The notes under the pieces are model-generated. The model saw only the letters and a program-made list of their open reading frames with translations, had not been told where the DNA came from and searched no databases. 64,000 bases of DNA from Bacteroidales bacterium (GTDB taxonomy: Bacteria > Bacteroidota > Bacteroidia > Bacteroidales > UBA7960): contig JAWLDT010000002.1 in assembly GCA_041686485.1 (NCBI GenBank), positions 22,492 to 86,491 of the forward strand, written 5' to 3'. This document shows, in pieces, positions 29,098 to 40,748 of the stretch. Numbering within the stretch: the first letter of the stretch is position 1; each line of letters begins with the position of its first letter. A program made the translations under genes and the position numbers.

Positions 29098-29898
29098 TCA
29101 ACGAATAATGACTGTGTTTTCTTTATTTGACTTTAACGCTTCTTCCAGGAATTCAAAACTAGAAAGCGGTTCAGCTTTACCATTTATAACAGCTACCGTA
29201 TGTTCATAATGCCCTGAGGGTTTTCGGTCTGCTGTTCTGATTGTCCAGCCATCCTTTTCCTGCACAACAAAACGCTGCCCCATATTGATCATGGGTTCAA
29301 TGGCGACGACCAGACCTTCTTTAACAGGTGTTCCTGTTCCCCTCCTTCCATAATTCGGAAGTTCAGGTGGTTCATGAAGCTGTTTGCCAACCCCATGTCC
29401 GACAAGCTCTCTTACCACGGTATATCCAGCTTTTTCAGCATGATTTTGTATGCTGGCAGAAACATCGCCCAGGGTATTACCAACGGCTGTCTTTTCTATA
29501 CCACGCCATAAGCACTGCAGGGTTGTTTTCAGCAGGCGTTTTACCTCATTGCCGATTTCACCGATGGCATATGTATAAGCCGAGTCCCCATAGTAGCCGT
29601 TTTTCAGTACCCCACAATCCACCGACAGAATCATTCCCTCCTTTAATGGTTTATCATTGGCAAATCCATGAACCACAACCTCATTGGGCGACATGCACAG
29701 CGAAAATGGAAAGCCGTGATAACCCTTAAAAGCAGGTACAGCATCATGGTCACGAATATACGTTTCGGCCAGTTGATCCAGTTCCCTGGTCGTAACGCCG
29801 GGTCTGAGATGCTTAGCGACCTCGGCATGGGTTTTTGCAACAAGTAAAGAGCTTTCGCGTATTAATTCAATTTCATCACGGGTCTTATATTGAATCAT
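29098..29898 (-). CDS. map: type I methionine aminopeptidase
   Basis: VVHGF...[19 protein letters not shown]...VGHGVG...IEPMIN metal-ligand motifs. Confidence 0.95.
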   Translation of the reverse strand: MIQYKTRDEIELIRESSLLVAKTHAEVAKHLRPGVTTRELDQLAETYIRDHDAVPAFKGYHGFPFSLCMSPNEVVVHGFANDKPLKEGMILSVDCGVLKNGYYGDSAYTYAIGEIGNEVKRLLKTTLQCLWRGIEKTAVGNTLGDVSASIQNHAEKAGYTVVRELVGHGVGKQLHEPPELPNYGRRGTGTPVKEGLVVAIEPMINMGQRFVVQEKDGWTIRTADRKPSGHYEHTVAVINGKAEPLSSFEFLEEALKSNKENTVIIR

Positions 29899-29911
29899 GG
29901 TTATCAGGTTT

Positions 29912-31270
29912 TTAGCCGGTCATGCCGATGGGCGAAGAGCGGCCTTTGATCCGACCCGTTTTGGTAAGTCCGTCATAATGACGCATCAACAAATGACTTT
30001 CGATTTGCTGAAGGGTGTCTAACACAACCCCAACCATGATTAACAGTGACGTACCGCCAAAAAACTGTGCAAACTGTCCGGTGACACCTACCAGGCTGAC
30101 CAAAGCAGGCATAATAGCTACAAAGGCCAGGAACAATGATCCCGGAAGGGTTATCCTGGACATCACATTATCAATAAATTCAGCCGTCTTTTTGCCGGGT
30201 TTCACACCGGGAATAAAACCGCCATTCTTTTTCATATCTTCTGCCATTTGATTTGGATTCACGGTAATGGCAGTATAAAAATAGGTAAACAGTATAACAA
30301 GTACGGCAAACGTAAAGTTGTACCAGAAACCGGTAAAATCAGACATGGTGGCGGCAAAACCGCTCAGGGCATCCGAAAACCCGGCGAGAGTAATTGGAAT
30401 AAACATAATTGCCTGTGCAAAGATAATCGGCATAACACCTGCGGCATTTACTTTAAGGGGAATATACTGGCGGACACCTCCATACTGACGGTTTCCCACG
30501 ACACGTTTGGCAAACTGCACCGGGATTCGCCGCTGTCCCTGAACAAGCATAATTACCAGGACCACGACACCCATCAGAATAACAAGTTCCACCAGAAAGA
30601 TAACCAAACCACCTCCGGCGGCCTCCATACGCGCGATAAATTCGGCAAAAAGTGCAAATGGCAGCTGGGCGATGATCCCGATCATAATCAGCAGGGAAAT
30701 ACCGTTACCAATACCTCTTTCGGTGATACGTTCACCAAGCCACATAACAAACATTGTCCCGGAAATGAGGATGATCACGGAAGAGATCATAAAAAACATT
30801 GACGGGCTGGTAGCCCCGGGGTCAAAGGGGGAAATGGCCTGGGGTGGCAATTGGGAAACAAGATTTGCCAGATAGGCGGGGGCCTGGGCACCGGTAATAA
30901 ATACTGTCAGGTACCTTGTAATCTGGTTGATCTTTTTACGTCCACTCTCTCCTTCTTTCTGCAAACGCTGGAAATAGGGAACGGCAATACCGAGGAGCTG
31001 TATCACAATCGATGCACTGATATAGGGCATGATTCCGAGTGCAAAGATAGAAGCGTTAGAAAACGCACCACCGGAGAACATATTCAGCAAACCGAGCAAA
31101 CCCTCCTGGGTTTGTGCCTCTAATGCCTGAAGCTGTCCCGGATCAACACCCGGCAGGACCACATAAGAGCCCAGTCGATAAATCAGGATAATGCCCAGTG
31201 TATTCAGGATCCTTACACGAAGGTCCTCGATATTATAGATGTTAATTAAGGTTTGAATAAATCGTTTCAT
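29912..31270 (-). CDS. secY: preprotein translocase subunit SecY
   Basis: GIMPYISASIVIQLL, 10 TM segments, and position after rplO. Confidence 0.97.
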   Translation of the reverse strand: MKRFIQTLINIYNIEDLRVRILNTLGIILIYRLGSYVVLPGVDPGQLQALEAQTQEGLLGLLNMFSGGAFSNASIFALGIMPYISASIVIQLLGIAVPYFQRLQKEGESGRKKINQITRYLTVFITGAQAPAYLANLVSQLPPQAISPFDPGATSPSMFFMISSVIILISGTMFVMWLGERITERGIGNGISLLIMIGIIAQLPFALFAEFIARMEAAGGGLVIFLVELVILMGVVVLVIMLVQGQRRIPVQFAKRVVGNRQYGGVRQYIPLKVNAAGVMPIIFAQAIMFIPITLAGFSDALSGFAATMSDFTGFWYNFTFAVLVILFTYFYTAITVNPNQMAEDMKKNGGFIPGVKPGKKTAEFIDNVMSRITLPGSLFLAFVAIMPALVSLVGVTGQFAQFFGGTSLLIMVGVVLDTLQQIESHLLMRHYDGLTKTGRIKGRSSPIGMTG

Positions 31271-31279
31271 TCCTGGCGT

Positions 31280-31726
31280 TTATATCCGGTTTACAGTTCC
31301 ACCTTTACCTTCAATGGCTTCAACGGCTGTTTTTGAAAAGGCGTGGGCGGTTATATTAATTTTGGCATCAAGCTTGCCTTTTCCAAGAATCTTCACTTTA
31401 TCATTTTTGGAGGCAAAGCCGTTTTGGATCATCGTTTCGGGGTCAATGGTGTCCACACCTTTCTCATCAACAAACTTTTGCAGTCTGTCAAGGTTTATAC
31501 CCCGATATGCAACCCTGTTGCGATTTTTAAAACCAAACTTTGGGACCCGTCTTCCCAGGGGCATCTGTCCACCCTCAAAACCAGCTCTACGGCTATAGCC
31601 TGAACGTGACTGTGCACCTTTGTGGCCGCGTGTAGCGGTACCACCGGCTCCAGATCCCTCACCACGGGCAATACGTTTACGGCGTTTGACAGATCCTTTT
31701 GCAGGTTTTAGTCTACTTAAATCCAT
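31280..31726 (-). CDS. rplO: 50S ribosomal protein L15
   Basis: RGEGSGAGGTATRGHKGAQSRSG. Confidence 0.97.
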   Translation of the reverse strand: MDLSRLKPAKGSVKRRKRIARGEGSGAGGTATRGHKGAQSRSGYSRRAGFEGGQMPLGRRVPKFGFKNRNRVAYRGINLDRLQKFVDEKGVDTIDPETMIQNGFASKNDKVKILGKGKLDAKINITAHAFSKTAVEAIEGKGGTVNRI

Positions 31727-31764
31727 TGTCTATTACAAATTTAAAAATATTGAACAAAACGACA

Positions 31765-31950
31765 TCATTCATTCACTTCTTCAACGGAAACCAGATGCTT
31801 CACCTTCTCAATCATCCCGTCTATCTGAGGTGAGACGTTGAGATACACCGGCCGGTTCATCCGTTTTAAACCAAGTGCATCCAGTGTTTTTTTCTGGCGT
31901 GCAGGGCGGCCGATTCTGCTTCTTGTCTGAACGATTTTATACTTTTTCAT
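31765..31950 (-). CDS. rpmD: 50S ribosomal protein L30
   Basis: KIVQTRSRIGRPARQKKTLDALGL. Confidence 0.95.
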   Translation of the reverse strand: MKKYKIVQTRSRIGRPARQKKTLDALGLKRMNRPVYLNVSPQIDGMIEKVKHLVSVEEVNE

Positions 31951-31969
31951 TTCCGGTTCTTTATAAAAA

Positions 31970-32488
31970 TTAGCCGTTAAATACTTTATCGAGGTTTACA
32001 CCGCGCTGTTGTGCAACGGCATGCGGGTCACGAAGCTTGGTAAGGGCATCAATGGTCGCTTTAACAACACTGTGCGGGTTGGCAGAGCCCTGTGATTTGG
32101 CCAGAACATCTGTTACACCAACACTTTCAAGCACCGCACGCATGGCGCCTCCGGCAATAACACCGGTACCGTGGGCCGCAGGTTTCAGCAGGACACGACC
32201 ACCACTGTATTTCCCTTCCTGATAGTGGGGGATGGTACCTTTCAGGATCGGAACCTGGATCAGATGCTTTTTGGCATCATCAATCCCTTTGCTGATGGCA
32301 GTAGTTACCTCTTTGGCTTTACCAAGACCGTAACCGACCACACCATTCTCATTGCCAACCACCACAATGGCGGAAAAGCTAAAGGTCCGACCTCCTTTGG
32401 TCACTTTGGTTACCCGTTGTATGCCGACCAACCTGTCTTTGAGTTCGATCTCGCTTGACTTTACCTTTTTAATGTTTACGTTTGCCAT
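31970..32488 (-). CDS. rpsE: 30S ribosomal protein S5
   Basis: [36 protein letters not shown]. Confidence 0.97.
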   Translation of the reverse strand: MANVNIKKVKSSEIELKDRLVGIQRVTKVTKGGRTFSFSAIVVVGNENGVVGYGLGKAKEVTTAISKGIDDAKKHLIQVPILKGTIPHYQEGKYSGGRVLLKPAAHGTGVIAGGAMRAVLESVGVTDVLAKSQGSANPHSVVKATIDALTKLRDPHAVAQQRGVNLDKVFNG

Positions 32489-32491
32489 AAT

Positions 32492-32854
32492 TTAGAAATT
32501 TAAGCCTCCTTCCCGGGCTCCTTCTGCCAATGATTTAACTCTTCCGTGATACAGATAACCATTACGGTCGAACACGATATTATTAATACCTGCTTCTTTT
32601 GCCCTTTCGGCAATCACCTTGCCAACTTCCCGGGCGACTTCCGTTTTGTTACCTTTCTTTTCCCCGGCTTCTTTTGTCAATGAAGAAGTAGAAGCCAGCG
32701 TCCTGCCTTCATCATCATCGATCAGCTGGGCATAAATGGCTTTATTGCTTCTGAAAACGGAAAGCCTGGGCTTATCCTGGGTACCACGCACTCTTTTACG
32801 TACACGGTACTTTACCTTGGTTCTTCTGTCGAGTTTTTTTACTATTCTTGCCAT
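32492..32854 (-). CDS. rplR: 50S ribosomal protein L18
   Basis: [19 protein letters not shown]. Confidence 0.97.
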   Translation of the reverse strand: MARIVKKLDRRTKVKYRVRKRVRGTQDKPRLSVFRSNKAIYAQLIDDDEGRTLASTSSLTKEAGEKKGNKTEVAREVGKVIAERAKEAGINNIVFDRNGYLYHGRVKSLAEGAREGGLNF

Positions 32855-32883
32855 CCTGATAAAGGAATTTTATATGGTTACGA

Positions 32884-33438
32884 TTACTTAGCAGCAGCTT
32901 TACCGGCTTTTCTGCGTATCTCTTCGCCTTTGAAGAGTACACCCTTGCCTTTGTAAGGCTCCGGTTTGCGCAATGAACGAATCTTTGCCGCAACCTGGCC
33001 AAGTAACTGCTTATCTATTGATTCAAGTGTGATTGCAGGGTTCTTACCTCTTTGGGTGACCGTCTCTACCTTAATCTCTTCCGGTATTTCAAAAAAGACA
33101 GAATGGGAATAACCGAGCGCCAGTTCCAGTAGCTGCCCATTATGAGTGGCTTTGTAACCCACTCCCACAAGCTCCAGTTCAATCTTATATCCTTCGGAGA
33201 CACCAATGACCATGTTTCTTAGCAGTGACCTGTACAGGCCATGCATGGCTTTATGTTGTTTGCTGTCTGAAGGCCGGTCAACGTGCACCTCTTCCTCATT
33301 AATAATAACTTTTATGTCTTTATCAATGGGCTGGGTAAGCTCTCCTTTGGGACCTTTAACCGTAACAAGGTTCTCATCAGTGACGGATATGGACACTCCC
33401 TGAGGTATATTGATTGGATAACTTCCTATACGTGACAT
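32884..33438 (-). CDS. rplF: 50S ribosomal protein L6
   Basis: MSRIGSYPINIPQGV start at 33438. The ORF-track start at 33585 would overlap rpsH. Confidence 0.95.
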   Translation of the reverse strand: MSRIGSYPINIPQGVSISVTDENLVTVKGPKGELTQPIDKDIKVIINEEEVHVDRPSDSKQHKAMHGLYRSLLRNMVIGVSEGYKIELELVGVGYKATHNGQLLELALGYSHSVFFEIPEEIKVETVTQRGKNPAITLESIDKQLLGQVAAKIRSLRKPEPYKGKGVLFKGEEIRRKAGKAAAK

Positions 33439-33449
33439 ATTTCCTGTAT

Positions 33450-33848
33450 TTAGCTTACGTAACAAATAATTTCGCCGCCAACATTCAGCTTGTGAGCTTC
33501 TTTGTCGGTTATAAGGCCATTGGAGGTTGAAATAATGGCTATTCCAAGACCATTTAACACCCGGGGGATCTCCTTGCTGTTGCAAAAGCGTCTCAGGCCG
33601 GGACGGCTTACCCGCTGAAGTTCATTAATCGCCGGAATCCTGGAGACCGGATGATATTTCAGCGCTATTTTGATGACCCCTGGTACTTTGTCATCTTCAA
33701 ACTTATAATTGAGTATGTATCCTTTGTCAAAAAGAATTTTGGTAATCTCTTTTTTAAGATTGGATGCAGGGATCTCAACCACCCGGTGATTGGCCTTGAT
33801 GGCGTTCCTAATTCTTGTCAGATAATCTGCAATGGGATCGGTTATCAT
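33450..33848 (-). CDS. rpsH: 30S ribosomal protein S8
   Basis: MITDPIADYLTRIRNA. Confidence 0.97.
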   Translation of the reverse strand: MITDPIADYLTRIRNAIKANHRVVEIPASNLKKEITKILFDKGYILNYKFEDDKVPGVIKIALKYHPVSRIPAINELQRVSRPGLRRFCNSKEIPRVLNGLGIAIISTSNGLITDKEAHKLNVGGEIICYVS

Positions 33849-33878
33849 CTTCTTTAAAACTTATTATTGTAAATAATC

Positions 33879-34148
33879 TTACCAACTAGCCTTTGTAATA
33901 CCCGGAATCAATCCGTTATTGGCCATTTCCCGGAAATTGATACGGGAAACACCAAACTGACGCATGTATCCTTTGGGTCTGCCGGTTAACTGGCAACGGT
34001 TGTGCAGCCGAACGGGAGAAGCATTCCGCGGAAGCTTTTGAAGGGCTTCCCAGTCACCTTTCGCTTTCAGCTCGGCTCTTTTTGCTGCATATTTTGCTAC
34101 CAGCTTGGCGCGTTTCCGGTCTCTGGCTTTCATGGATTCTTTTGCCAT
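33879..34148 (-). CDS. rpsN: 30S ribosomal protein S14 (long form)
   Basis: [24 protein letters not shown]. Confidence 0.95.
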   Translation of the reverse strand: MAKESMKARDRKRAKLVAKYAAKRAELKAKGDWEALQKLPRNASPVRLHNRCQLTGRPKGYMRQFGVSRINFREMANNGLIPGITKASW

Positions 34149-34161
34149 GGCTATCGTCTAT

Positions 34162-34713
34162 TTACTGGTTCTTAAATGGGATTCCAAATTCTTTTAGCAA
34201 GGTAAAGGCTTCTTTATCGGTATCGGCAGAGGTAACAAAGGTCAGGTCCATACCATTGATTTTGTTTACCTTGTCGATATTGATCTCCGGAAAGATAATC
34301 TGCTCCGGGACACCAAACGTATAGTTACCCCGTCCGTCAAAGCCTTTTTCGCTGATACCTTTAAAGTCGCGTATTCTTGGCAGGGAAACAGCGATCAGCC
34401 TGTCAAGAAATTCATACATACGATTACCGCGCAGGGTAACACGGACACCGACAGGCATGCCTTTTCTCAGCTTAAAACTGGAGATGTCTTTCCTGGACTT
34501 TGTCGGCACAGCCTTTTGTCCGGCAATCAACGACATCTCTTCAAGCGCCGTATCAAGAATCTTCTTGTCGGTAATAGCCTCACCTACACCCTGATTAAGG
34601 CTTATCTTAACCAGTCTTGGCACCTGCATCCGGTTTTTATAACCAAACTCTTTCATCAATGCAGGAGCGATTTCGTTTTCGAACTTGTCTTTCAGTCTTG
34701 GTTTATAGCTCAT
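34162..34713 (-). CDS. rplE: 50S ribosomal protein L5
   Basis: [15 protein letters not shown]...[10 protein letters not shown]. Confidence 0.97.
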   Translation of the reverse strand: MSYKPRLKDKFENEIAPALMKEFGYKNRMQVPRLVKISLNQGVGEAITDKKILDTALEEMSLIAGQKAVPTKSRKDISSFKLRKGMPVGVRVTLRGNRMYEFLDRLIAVSLPRIRDFKGISEKGFDGRGNYTFGVPEQIIFPEINIDKVNKINGMDLTFVTSADTDKEAFTLLKEFGIPFKNQ

Positions 34714-35033
34714 TACTTAATTACCTCCCCTGTCTTTTTGGAATACCGTACGTATTTATTGTTCTCATCCAGTTTTCTTCCAATTCGTGTCGGATTACCT
34801 TTATCATCAACAACCATCAGGTTGGAGATATGGATACTGGATTCTTTTTTCAAAATACCACCCTGGGGATTCGTTGCGTTGGGTTTGGTATGTTTAGAAA
34901 CCATATTAACACCTTCAACCAAAGCTCTTTGATTTTTCTGATCCACCATAAGCACCTTGCCTGTAGCGCCTTTTTCGTTGCCGGCAATCAGCTTAACGGT
35001 ATCTCCCTTTTTTATCTGCGTCTTGGACTGCAT
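34713..35033 (-). CDS. rplX: 50S ribosomal protein L24
   Basis: [23 protein letters not shown]. Confidence 0.95.
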   Translation of the reverse strand: MQSKTQIKKGDTVKLIAGNEKGATGKVLMVDQKNQRALVEGVNMVSKHTKPNATNPQGGILKKESSIHISNLMVVDDKGNPTRIGRKLDENNKYVRYSKKTGEVIK

Positions 35034-35046
35034 ATCAGTTATTTTT

Positions 35047-35415
35047 TTAAAGCACTTCAGGTGCCAAAGAAACGATTTTCATAAATTGTTTTTCGCGCAA
35101 CTCCCGGGCTACAGGACCAAATATTCGTGTCCCGCGCATCTCTTCCTGGCCGGTCAGGAGTACAACAGCATTATCATCAAAACGAATATAGCTGCCGTCA
35201 TCACGTCTGATATCTTTTTTGGTACGTACGACCACTGCTGTGGATACTGTACCTTTTTTAATGTTGCCCGAGGGCAAGGCGTTCTTCACCGAAACAATGA
35301 TTTTATCGCCAATACTGGCGTATCTGCGGCGGGTACCACCCAGGACCCTTATGCAAAGCACTTCTTTAGCGCCACTGTTATCCGCTACCGAAAGTCTGGA
35401 TTCCTGCTGTATCAT
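35047..35415 (-). CDS. rplN: 50S ribosomal protein L14
   Basis: [27 protein letters not shown]. Confidence 0.97.
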   Translation of the reverse strand: MIQQESRLSVADNSGAKEVLCIRVLGGTRRRYASIGDKIIVSVKNALPSGNIKKGTVSTAVVVRTKKDIRRDDGSYIRFDDNAVVLLTGQEEMRGTRIFGPVARELREKQFMKIVSLAPEVL

Positions 35416-35417
35416 AA

Positions 35418-35675
35418 TTACTTCGCTCTTTCAAGAATTTCAACTAATCTCCAACATTTCCTCTTGCTCAAAGGCCTGGTTTCCATGATACGGACTGAAT
35501 CGCCGATATTGGTATCATTATTCTCATCATGGGCCATAAAGCGGGATGTCTTCTTAACAAATTTTCCGTATTTGGGGTGACGTATCCGTCTGAGGACTTC
35601 TACAACAATAGATTTGTCCATCCTGTTACTTACAACAAGACCTGTCCTTTCTTTTCTGGGTTTTCTGGTTTCCAT
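35418..35675 (-). CDS. rpsQ: 30S ribosomal protein S17
   Basis: [19 protein letters not shown]. Confidence 0.95.
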   Translation of the reverse strand: METRKPRKERTGLVVSNRMDKSIVVEVLRRIRHPKYGKFVKKTSRFMAHDENNDTNIGDSVRIMETRPLSKRKCWRLVEILERAK

Positions 35676-35683
35676 CTCAACAG

Positions 35684-35887
35684 TTACTTTTTATTTTCTT
35701 CCAATTCCCTTTTCCGTAGCTCTGTCAGGATGCGGGCAACGGTCCTGCGGTAGTCTCTGATTTTAAGCGGGTTTTCCAACGGGGATACCGCATGGTTCAT
35801 CTTCAACTTACGCAAGTGTTTGCGCTCTTCATCCAGACGTTCCTGGAGCTCACCGGTTGACGTTTCACGTATTACACTCTGCTTCAT
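35684..35887 (-). CDS. rpmC: 50S ribosomal protein L29
   Basis: [28 protein letters not shown]. Confidence 0.95.
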   Translation of the reverse strand: MKQSVIRETSTGELQERLDEERKHLRKLKMNHAVSPLENPLKIRDYRRTVARILTELRKRELEENKK

Positions 35888-36007
35888 CTTTACGCTAGTT
35901 TTAGTGTTTGTCAGCTATCCTGCCTTTTGCTTTTCTCCGGGCAGGTAGGGTAAAAAATCCAGACAGGTAACGGCTGCGTGTATGATTAATCCCCTGCAAA
36001 AAGGCTG

Positions 36008-36015
36008 CAAATTTA
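36008..36015 (-). promoter_or_regulatory. candidate internal -7 motif TAAATTTG in the rplP-rpmC spacer
   Basis: TAnnTTTG on the minus strand, 120 nt upstream of the rpmC ATG, inside an unusual 156-bp gap. Confidence 0.3.
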
Positions 36016-36043
36016 CAAAAAAATTCACATTAAGCCTTCATTA

Positions 36044-36463
36044 TTATTCAACATAATCTCTTCTTACAACAAATTTTGTTGTGATGGGCAATTTTTGGGC
36101 CCCAAGGCGCATGGCTTCCATCGCGGTTTCTCTCGGTACCCCATCCGCTTCAAACATGATGCGACCCGGGGTTACCCTGGCAACAAACAGTTCAGGAGCA
36201 CCTTTACCTTTACCCATACGTACTTCTGCCGGTTTCTTGGTAATCGGTTTATCAGGAAAAATACGAATCCAAAGCTGGCCCTGCCGTTTCATGCGGCGTG
36301 TAATAGCCTGGCGGGCAGCCTCTATCTGACGCGATGTAATCCAGGTGGCACCCAAAGACTTCATACCAAATGAGCCAAAAGCCAATTCGGCACCACGCTT
36401 GGTGTTGCCTTTCATCCGGCCCTTCTGCATCTTCCTGAATTTGGTTTTCTTAGGCTGTAACAT
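36044..36463 (-). CDS. rplP: 50S ribosomal protein L16
   Basis: [19 protein letters not shown]. Confidence 0.97.
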   Translation of the reverse strand: MLQPKKTKFRKMQKGRMKGNTKRGAELAFGSFGMKSLGATWITSRQIEAARQAITRRMKRQGQLWIRIFPDKPITKKPAEVRMGKGKGAPELFVARVTPGRIMFEADGVPRETAMEAMRLGAQKLPITTKFVVRRDYVE

Positions 36464-36501
36464 TATTATTAAACGTTTTATAAAGTTGACATCAACACTG
36501 T

Positions 36502-37206
36502 TTATTTCTTCTTCCGACGACCTGTACGACCACCCTGCTTAGTCTTTGCCGTTTCTTCAACGAAAGGCGTCAGTTCAGGTTTGCCATAAATCTCTCCTTT
36601 GCAGATCCAAACCTTTGTTCCGATACGACCATAGGTAGTATGTGCTTCCACATTAGCAAAATCGATGTCGGCGCGAAGTGTATGCAAAGGAATCCGGCCT
36701 TCCTTATAGGTTTCATTACGAGCCATTTCAGCTCCTCCAAGGCGACCACCAACTCTTACCTTTATCCCTTCTGCACCCAGACGCATGGTTGATGATATAG
36801 CCGTCTTTACAGCACGACGGAAGGAAATCCTTCCTTCAATCTGCTTGGCTACATTCTGGGCAACCAAAAAGGCATCAAGCTCCGGACGCTTGATCTCACT
36901 AATATTGATCTGGATCTCCTTACCGGTAAGCTTCTTCAGCTCTTCCTTAAGTTTATCCACTTCCGCTCCACCTTTACCAATAATAATACCGGGGCGGGCT
37001 GTATGGATATTAACTGTTACCAGCTTTAGGGTCCGTTCAATAAAAATTTTCGAAACACCTGCCTTGGAAAGGCGAACATACAAATACTTACGGATCTTAT
37101 CGTCTTCTACCAGCTTGGCAGCATACTTGTTGCCACCATACCAATTGGACTCCCATCCCCTGATAATACCAAGCCTAAGGCCGATTGGATTAGTCTTTTG
37201 TCCCAT
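36502..37206 (-). CDS. rpsC: 30S ribosomal protein S3
   Basis: [23 protein letters not shown]. Confidence 0.97.
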   Translation of the reverse strand: MGQKTNPIGLRLGIIRGWESNWYGGNKYAAKLVEDDKIRKYLYVRLSKAGVSKIFIERTLKLVTVNIHTARPGIIIGKGGAEVDKLKEELKKLTGKEIQINISEIKRPELDAFLVAQNVAKQIEGRISFRRAVKTAISSTMRLGAEGIKVRVGGRLGGAEMARNETYKEGRIPLHTLRADIDFANVEAHTTYGRIGTKVWICKGEIYGKPELTPFVEETAKTKQGGRTGRRKKK

Positions 37207-37217
37207 CTGAGCTATAT

Positions 37218-37622
37218 TTATTCGTTTGTATTTTTACTATCCACAAAGAGGGTGACATGATTGGAACGTTTCCTGATGCGGTGTGCACGTCCCTGCGGCG
37301 CAGGCCGTAAACGTTTCAGCATTCTTGCCCCGTCAACATGAATGGATTGTACATAGAGATTGCTGTCTTCAAGACGTACACCCTCATTTTTATTCTGCCA
37401 GTTGGCAATGGCTGAAAGCAAAAGCTTTTCCACGCTCCTGGCGGCTTCTTTTTTGCTATATCTAAGGATAGCCAGAGCCCGGTTTACGTCCTCACCCCGT
37501 ATCATGTCTGCTACCAGACGCATCTTTCTGGGTGAAGTAGGACAATTTTTCAACCTGGCGTAATACTGAGTCTTCTTTGCCTCCTTATATTGTTCAGCCC
37601 TGATATGTTTTCTTACTCCCAT
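37218..37622 (-). CDS. rplV: 50S ribosomal protein L22
   Basis: [24 protein letters not shown]. Confidence 0.95.
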   Translation of the reverse strand: MGVRKHIRAEQYKEAKKTQYYARLKNCPTSPRKMRLVADMIRGEDVNRALAILRYSKKEAARSVEKLLLSAIANWQNKNEGVRLEDSNLYVQSIHVDGARMLKRLRPAPQGRAHRIRKRSNHVTLFVDSKNTNE

Positions 37623-37635
37623 TGCTACGATCTAT

Positions 37636-37914
37636 TTATTTTTTGCCTTTATCTTTTTTACCTGCGTGTCCGCGAAAGATGCGGGTAGGTGCAAATTCTC
37701 CCAGCTTGTGTCCAACCATGTTCTCGGTAATGTAGACGGGGATGAATTTGTTGCCATTATGAACGGCAATTGTCAGCCCGACAAACTCCGGAGAGATCAT
37801 GGATGCGCGTGACCATGTTTTAATCACTGACTTTTTCTTGCTGGCGGCCATGGCCAACACCTTTTTTTCAAGCTTGTGATGTATATAAGGTCCTTTTTTC
37901 AGTGAACGACTCAT
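37636..37914 (-). CDS. rpsS: 30S ribosomal protein S19
   Basis: [15 protein letters not shown]...[11 protein letters not shown]. Confidence 0.97.
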   Translation of the reverse strand: MSRSLKKGPYIHHKLEKKVLAMAASKKKSVIKTWSRASMISPEFVGLTIAVHNGNKFIPVYITENMVGHKLGEFAPTRIFRGHAGKKDKGKK

Positions 37915-37943
37915 ATCTGTAAATTTTTCCTGTTATATTCTGA

Positions 37944-38768
37944 TTATTTTTTCCTTTTCTCCAAAATGAGCCTGTTAGAAGCTTTTTTCTTATTGCGGGT
38001 TTTATACCCTTTCGCAGGCAATCCTTTACGGCTTCTGGGATGTCCGCCGGAAGCACGTCCTTCACCACCACCCATGGGATGGTCGATCGGGTTCATTACA
38101 ACAGGACGTGTACGCGGGCGGCGACCCAGCCAACGACGTCGGCCTGCCTTACCTGACATTTCATGCATTTTGTCAGGATTGGAAACCGTGCCAATGGTGG
38201 CTTTACAGGTGGCAAGCACCATGCGAACCTCACCGGAGGGCATTTTTAAGGTGGCATATTTCCCTTCGCGGGAAATAAGCTGGGCATAACCTCCGGCACT
38301 GCGGGCCATTTTGCCACCCTGCCCGGGACGAAGCTCAATATTATGGACTACCGTACCCAACGGTATGTTTTTCAAAAACAGCGCATTACCAACCTCAGGC
38401 AATGCCTTCTCACCCGACATCACTGTCTGTCCAACTTGTATCCCGTTCGGCGCTATCATATACCGTTTCTCACCATCTGCATAAAACAAAAGGGCGATGC
38501 GGGCAGACCGGTTTGGATCATACTCAATGGACTTAACCGTAGCAGGTATTGCATCTTTATCACGTTTAAAGTCTATACAACGATACCTGCGTTTATGACC
38601 ACCGCCTACATGGCGCGTCGTCATTTTGCCCCAGCTGTTCCTGCCGCCCGTTTTATGTTTCCCGGATACCAAACTCTTCTCCGGTTTGGCGACAGTTAAA
38701 TCATCAAACGCGCTTATCATTTTATTGCGCTGACCGGGTGTCGTGGGTTTGAATTTTTTTAAAGCCAT
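37944..38768 (-). CDS. rplB: 50S ribosomal protein L2
   Basis: [15 protein letters not shown]...[13 protein letters not shown]. Confidence 0.97.
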   Translation of the reverse strand: MALKKFKPTTPGQRNKMISAFDDLTVAKPEKSLVSGKHKTGGRNSWGKMTTRHVGGGHKRRYRCIDFKRDKDAIPATVKSIEYDPNRSARIALLFYADGEKRYMIAPNGIQVGQTVMSGEKALPEVGNALFLKNIPLGTVVHNIELRPGQGGKMARSAGGYAQLISREGKYATLKMPSGEVRMVLATCKATIGTVSNPDKMHEMSGKAGRRRWLGRRPRTRPVVMNPIDHPMGGGEGRASGGHPRSRKGLPAKGYKTRNKKKASNRLILEKRKK

Positions 38769-38774
38769 GAATCC

Positions 38775-39068
38775 TTATATATTGCTGTAAAAATCAATTG
38801 TTTCGCCTTCGTTTAATGTCACGATGGCCTTTTTAAAAGAACTTTTCCGGCCGGTCTGAATCCCGGTACGGGTATAGCGGGTTTGACGCTTACCCAAAAA
38901 TACCATGGTATTTACCGACTCAACTTCTACACCGTACATCTCCTCAACAGCATGTCTGATCTGAGACTTGGTGGCTTTCTTGTTTACGATGAAACCATAA
39001 CGGTTTGGAAACTTTTCGGTTACCGCCGTCATCTTCTCGGTTATTAGTGGTTTAATTAAAACTTCCAT
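38775..39068 (-). CDS. rplW: 50S ribosomal protein L23
   Basis: IKPLITEKMT...FIVNKKATKSQIRHAVEEMYGV. Confidence 0.95.
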   Translation of the reverse strand: MEVLIKPLITEKMTAVTEKFPNRYGFIVNKKATKSQIRHAVEEMYGVEVESVNTMVFLGKRQTRYTRTGIQTGRKSSFKKAIVTLNEGETIDFYSNI

Positions 39069-39107
39069 GTCCTTATATATTTACCGGGTTAACAAACATA
39101 AAACCCT

Positions 39108-39749
39108 TTATACATCCTTAGATTTAAGTAAATTATTTTCCAGCTCTTTTATGGCGCTTTCCATAACCAATATCCGGTCGGCCCGCAGTATGGTATAAGT
39201 GCTTAACTGCGTTGCCTGCATAACCTGGGTATTGGGTATATTCCTGGAAGACAGCTGCAGCATGCGGTCCGGTCCGGGCATAACAAGCAAAGATTTTTTA
39301 CCGTCCAGATCAAACTTTTGCAATATCTCGTTGTACTTCCTGGTTTTTGGCTCTTCCAATGAGAAGTCCTCCACAACAACCAGTTTGTCATCTTTTTGCT
39401 TATACGTCAAGGCCGATTTCCTGGCCAGCGTTTTAACTTTTTTATTGACTTTAAAAGAGTAATCCCTTGGTTTGGGCCCGAATATGGTACCTCCTCCACG
39501 TAACAGCGGATTTTTGATATCGCCAATACGGGCGGCTCCGGTACCTTTCTGGCGGCGAAGCTTGGCTGTACTGCCTTTTACTTCACCACGCTCTTTGGTT
39601 TTGTGTGTCCCCTGACGACGGTTCGCCAGATGCTGTTTTACATCCAGGTAGATAGCATGATCGCTCGGGGAAATACCAAATATCCCTTCATCCAGGTCAA
39701 TGGTCTTTGACGTCTTGCTTCCATCTATATTATAAACTGCTAGCTCCAT
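39108..39749 (-). CDS. rplD: 50S ribosomal protein L4
   Basis: [31 protein letters not shown]. Confidence 0.95.
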   Translation of the reverse strand: MELAVYNIDGSKTSKTIDLDEGIFGISPSDHAIYLDVKQHLANRRQGTHKTKERGEVKGSTAKLRRQKGTGAARIGDIKNPLLRGGGTIFGPKPRDYSFKVNKKVKTLARKSALTYKQKDDKLVVVEDFSLEEPKTRKYNEILQKFDLDGKKSLLVMPGPDRMLQLSSRNIPNTQVMQATQLSTYTILRADRILVMESAIKELENNLLKSKDV

Positions 39750-40369
39750 CTCTCAATAATTAAATATGATCCATTTGGCCCTGGTACAGAGCCTTTTACA
39801 ACAACAATATTATTTTCGGGGATCAGTTTCATGATCTGAAGGTTGATCATTTTTACCCGATTACCGCCGGTACGTCCGGCCATACGCATTCCTTTAAAAA
39901 CACGGGAGGGCCAGGATGAAGCACCCAGTGAACCAGGAGCCCTGAGGCGGTCCTGCTGGCCGTGAGTCTTTTGACCAACACCGGAAAACCCATGACGTTT
40001 CACAACACCCTGAAAACCTTTTCCTTTACTGGTACCTACCACATCAATATATTCACCTTCAATGAAAATATCAACCTTGACCTCATCACCAAATTGCTTC
40101 TCGTGCCCTTCTTCAAAACGGGTGAACTCCCTGATGATTTTCTTGGGAGTGGTTTTCGCCTTGGCAAAATGACCACGTAAAGGCTTGGAGGTCAATTTTT
40201 CACGCTGATCTTCATATGCCAACTGGATGGCATTGTACCCATCACTTTCCTTTGTCTTAATCTGCGTAACAACACATGGACCAGCTTCTATCACCGTGCA
40301 TGGGACATTCTTCCCAGAGGCATCAAATATGCTGGTCATACCAATTTTTTTACCTATAATTCCTGACAT
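39740..40369 (-). CDS. rplC: 50S ribosomal protein L3
   Basis: [32 protein letters not shown]. Confidence 0.97.
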   Translation of the reverse strand: MSGIIGKKIGMTSIFDASGKNVPCTVIEAGPCVVTQIKTKESDGYNAIQLAYEDQREKLTSKPLRGHFAKAKTTPKKIIREFTRFEEGHEKQFGDEVKVDIFIEGEYIDVVGTSKGKGFQGVVKRHGFSGVGQKTHGQQDRLRAPGSLGASSWPSRVFKGMRMAGRTGGNRVKMINLQIMKLIPENNIVVVKGSVPGPNGSYLIIERWS

Positions 40370-40417
40370 CGCTTGTCGTTTTAAACTTTACGCAATAGTA
40401 AATTACTCACTTCTTCT

Positions 40418-40723
40418 TTAGACTTTGATCTCAACTTCAACACCACTTGGCAACTCCAGTTTCATTAGGGCATCCACCGTCTTGGAAGAAGTTGAATAAA
40501 TATCCAGCAAACGTTTGTAAGAACTCAGCTGGAACTGTTCCCTGGCCTTTTTGTTCACAAAAGGAGACCGCAATACGGTAAACTTCTTCTTGTTCGTCGG
40601 CAATGGTATTGGCCCATTTACAACCGCTCCTGTGGTCTTTACTGTCTTTACGATTTTTTCGGCAGATTTATCTACCAGATTGTAATCGTAGGATTTTAAT
40701 TTTATTCGAATTTTGTGACTCAC
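40418..40723 (-). CDS. rpsJ: 30S ribosomal protein S10
   Basis: [22 protein letters not shown]. Confidence 0.97.
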   Translation of the reverse strand: MSHKIRIKLKSYDYNLVDKSAEKIVKTVKTTGAVVNGPIPLPTNKKKFTVLRSPFVNKKAREQFQLSSYKRLLDIYSTSSKTVDALMKLELPSGVEVEIKV

Positions 40724-40748
40724 GGTTTATTCTTTTTTATTGACAAAA

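Noticed and set aside
33439-33585. N-terminal 49-aa extension of the L6 ORF in the track (start at 33585).
   Set aside because: The extension overlaps the 3' end of rpsH and has no L6 similarity. The canonical MSRIGSYPI start is at 33438.
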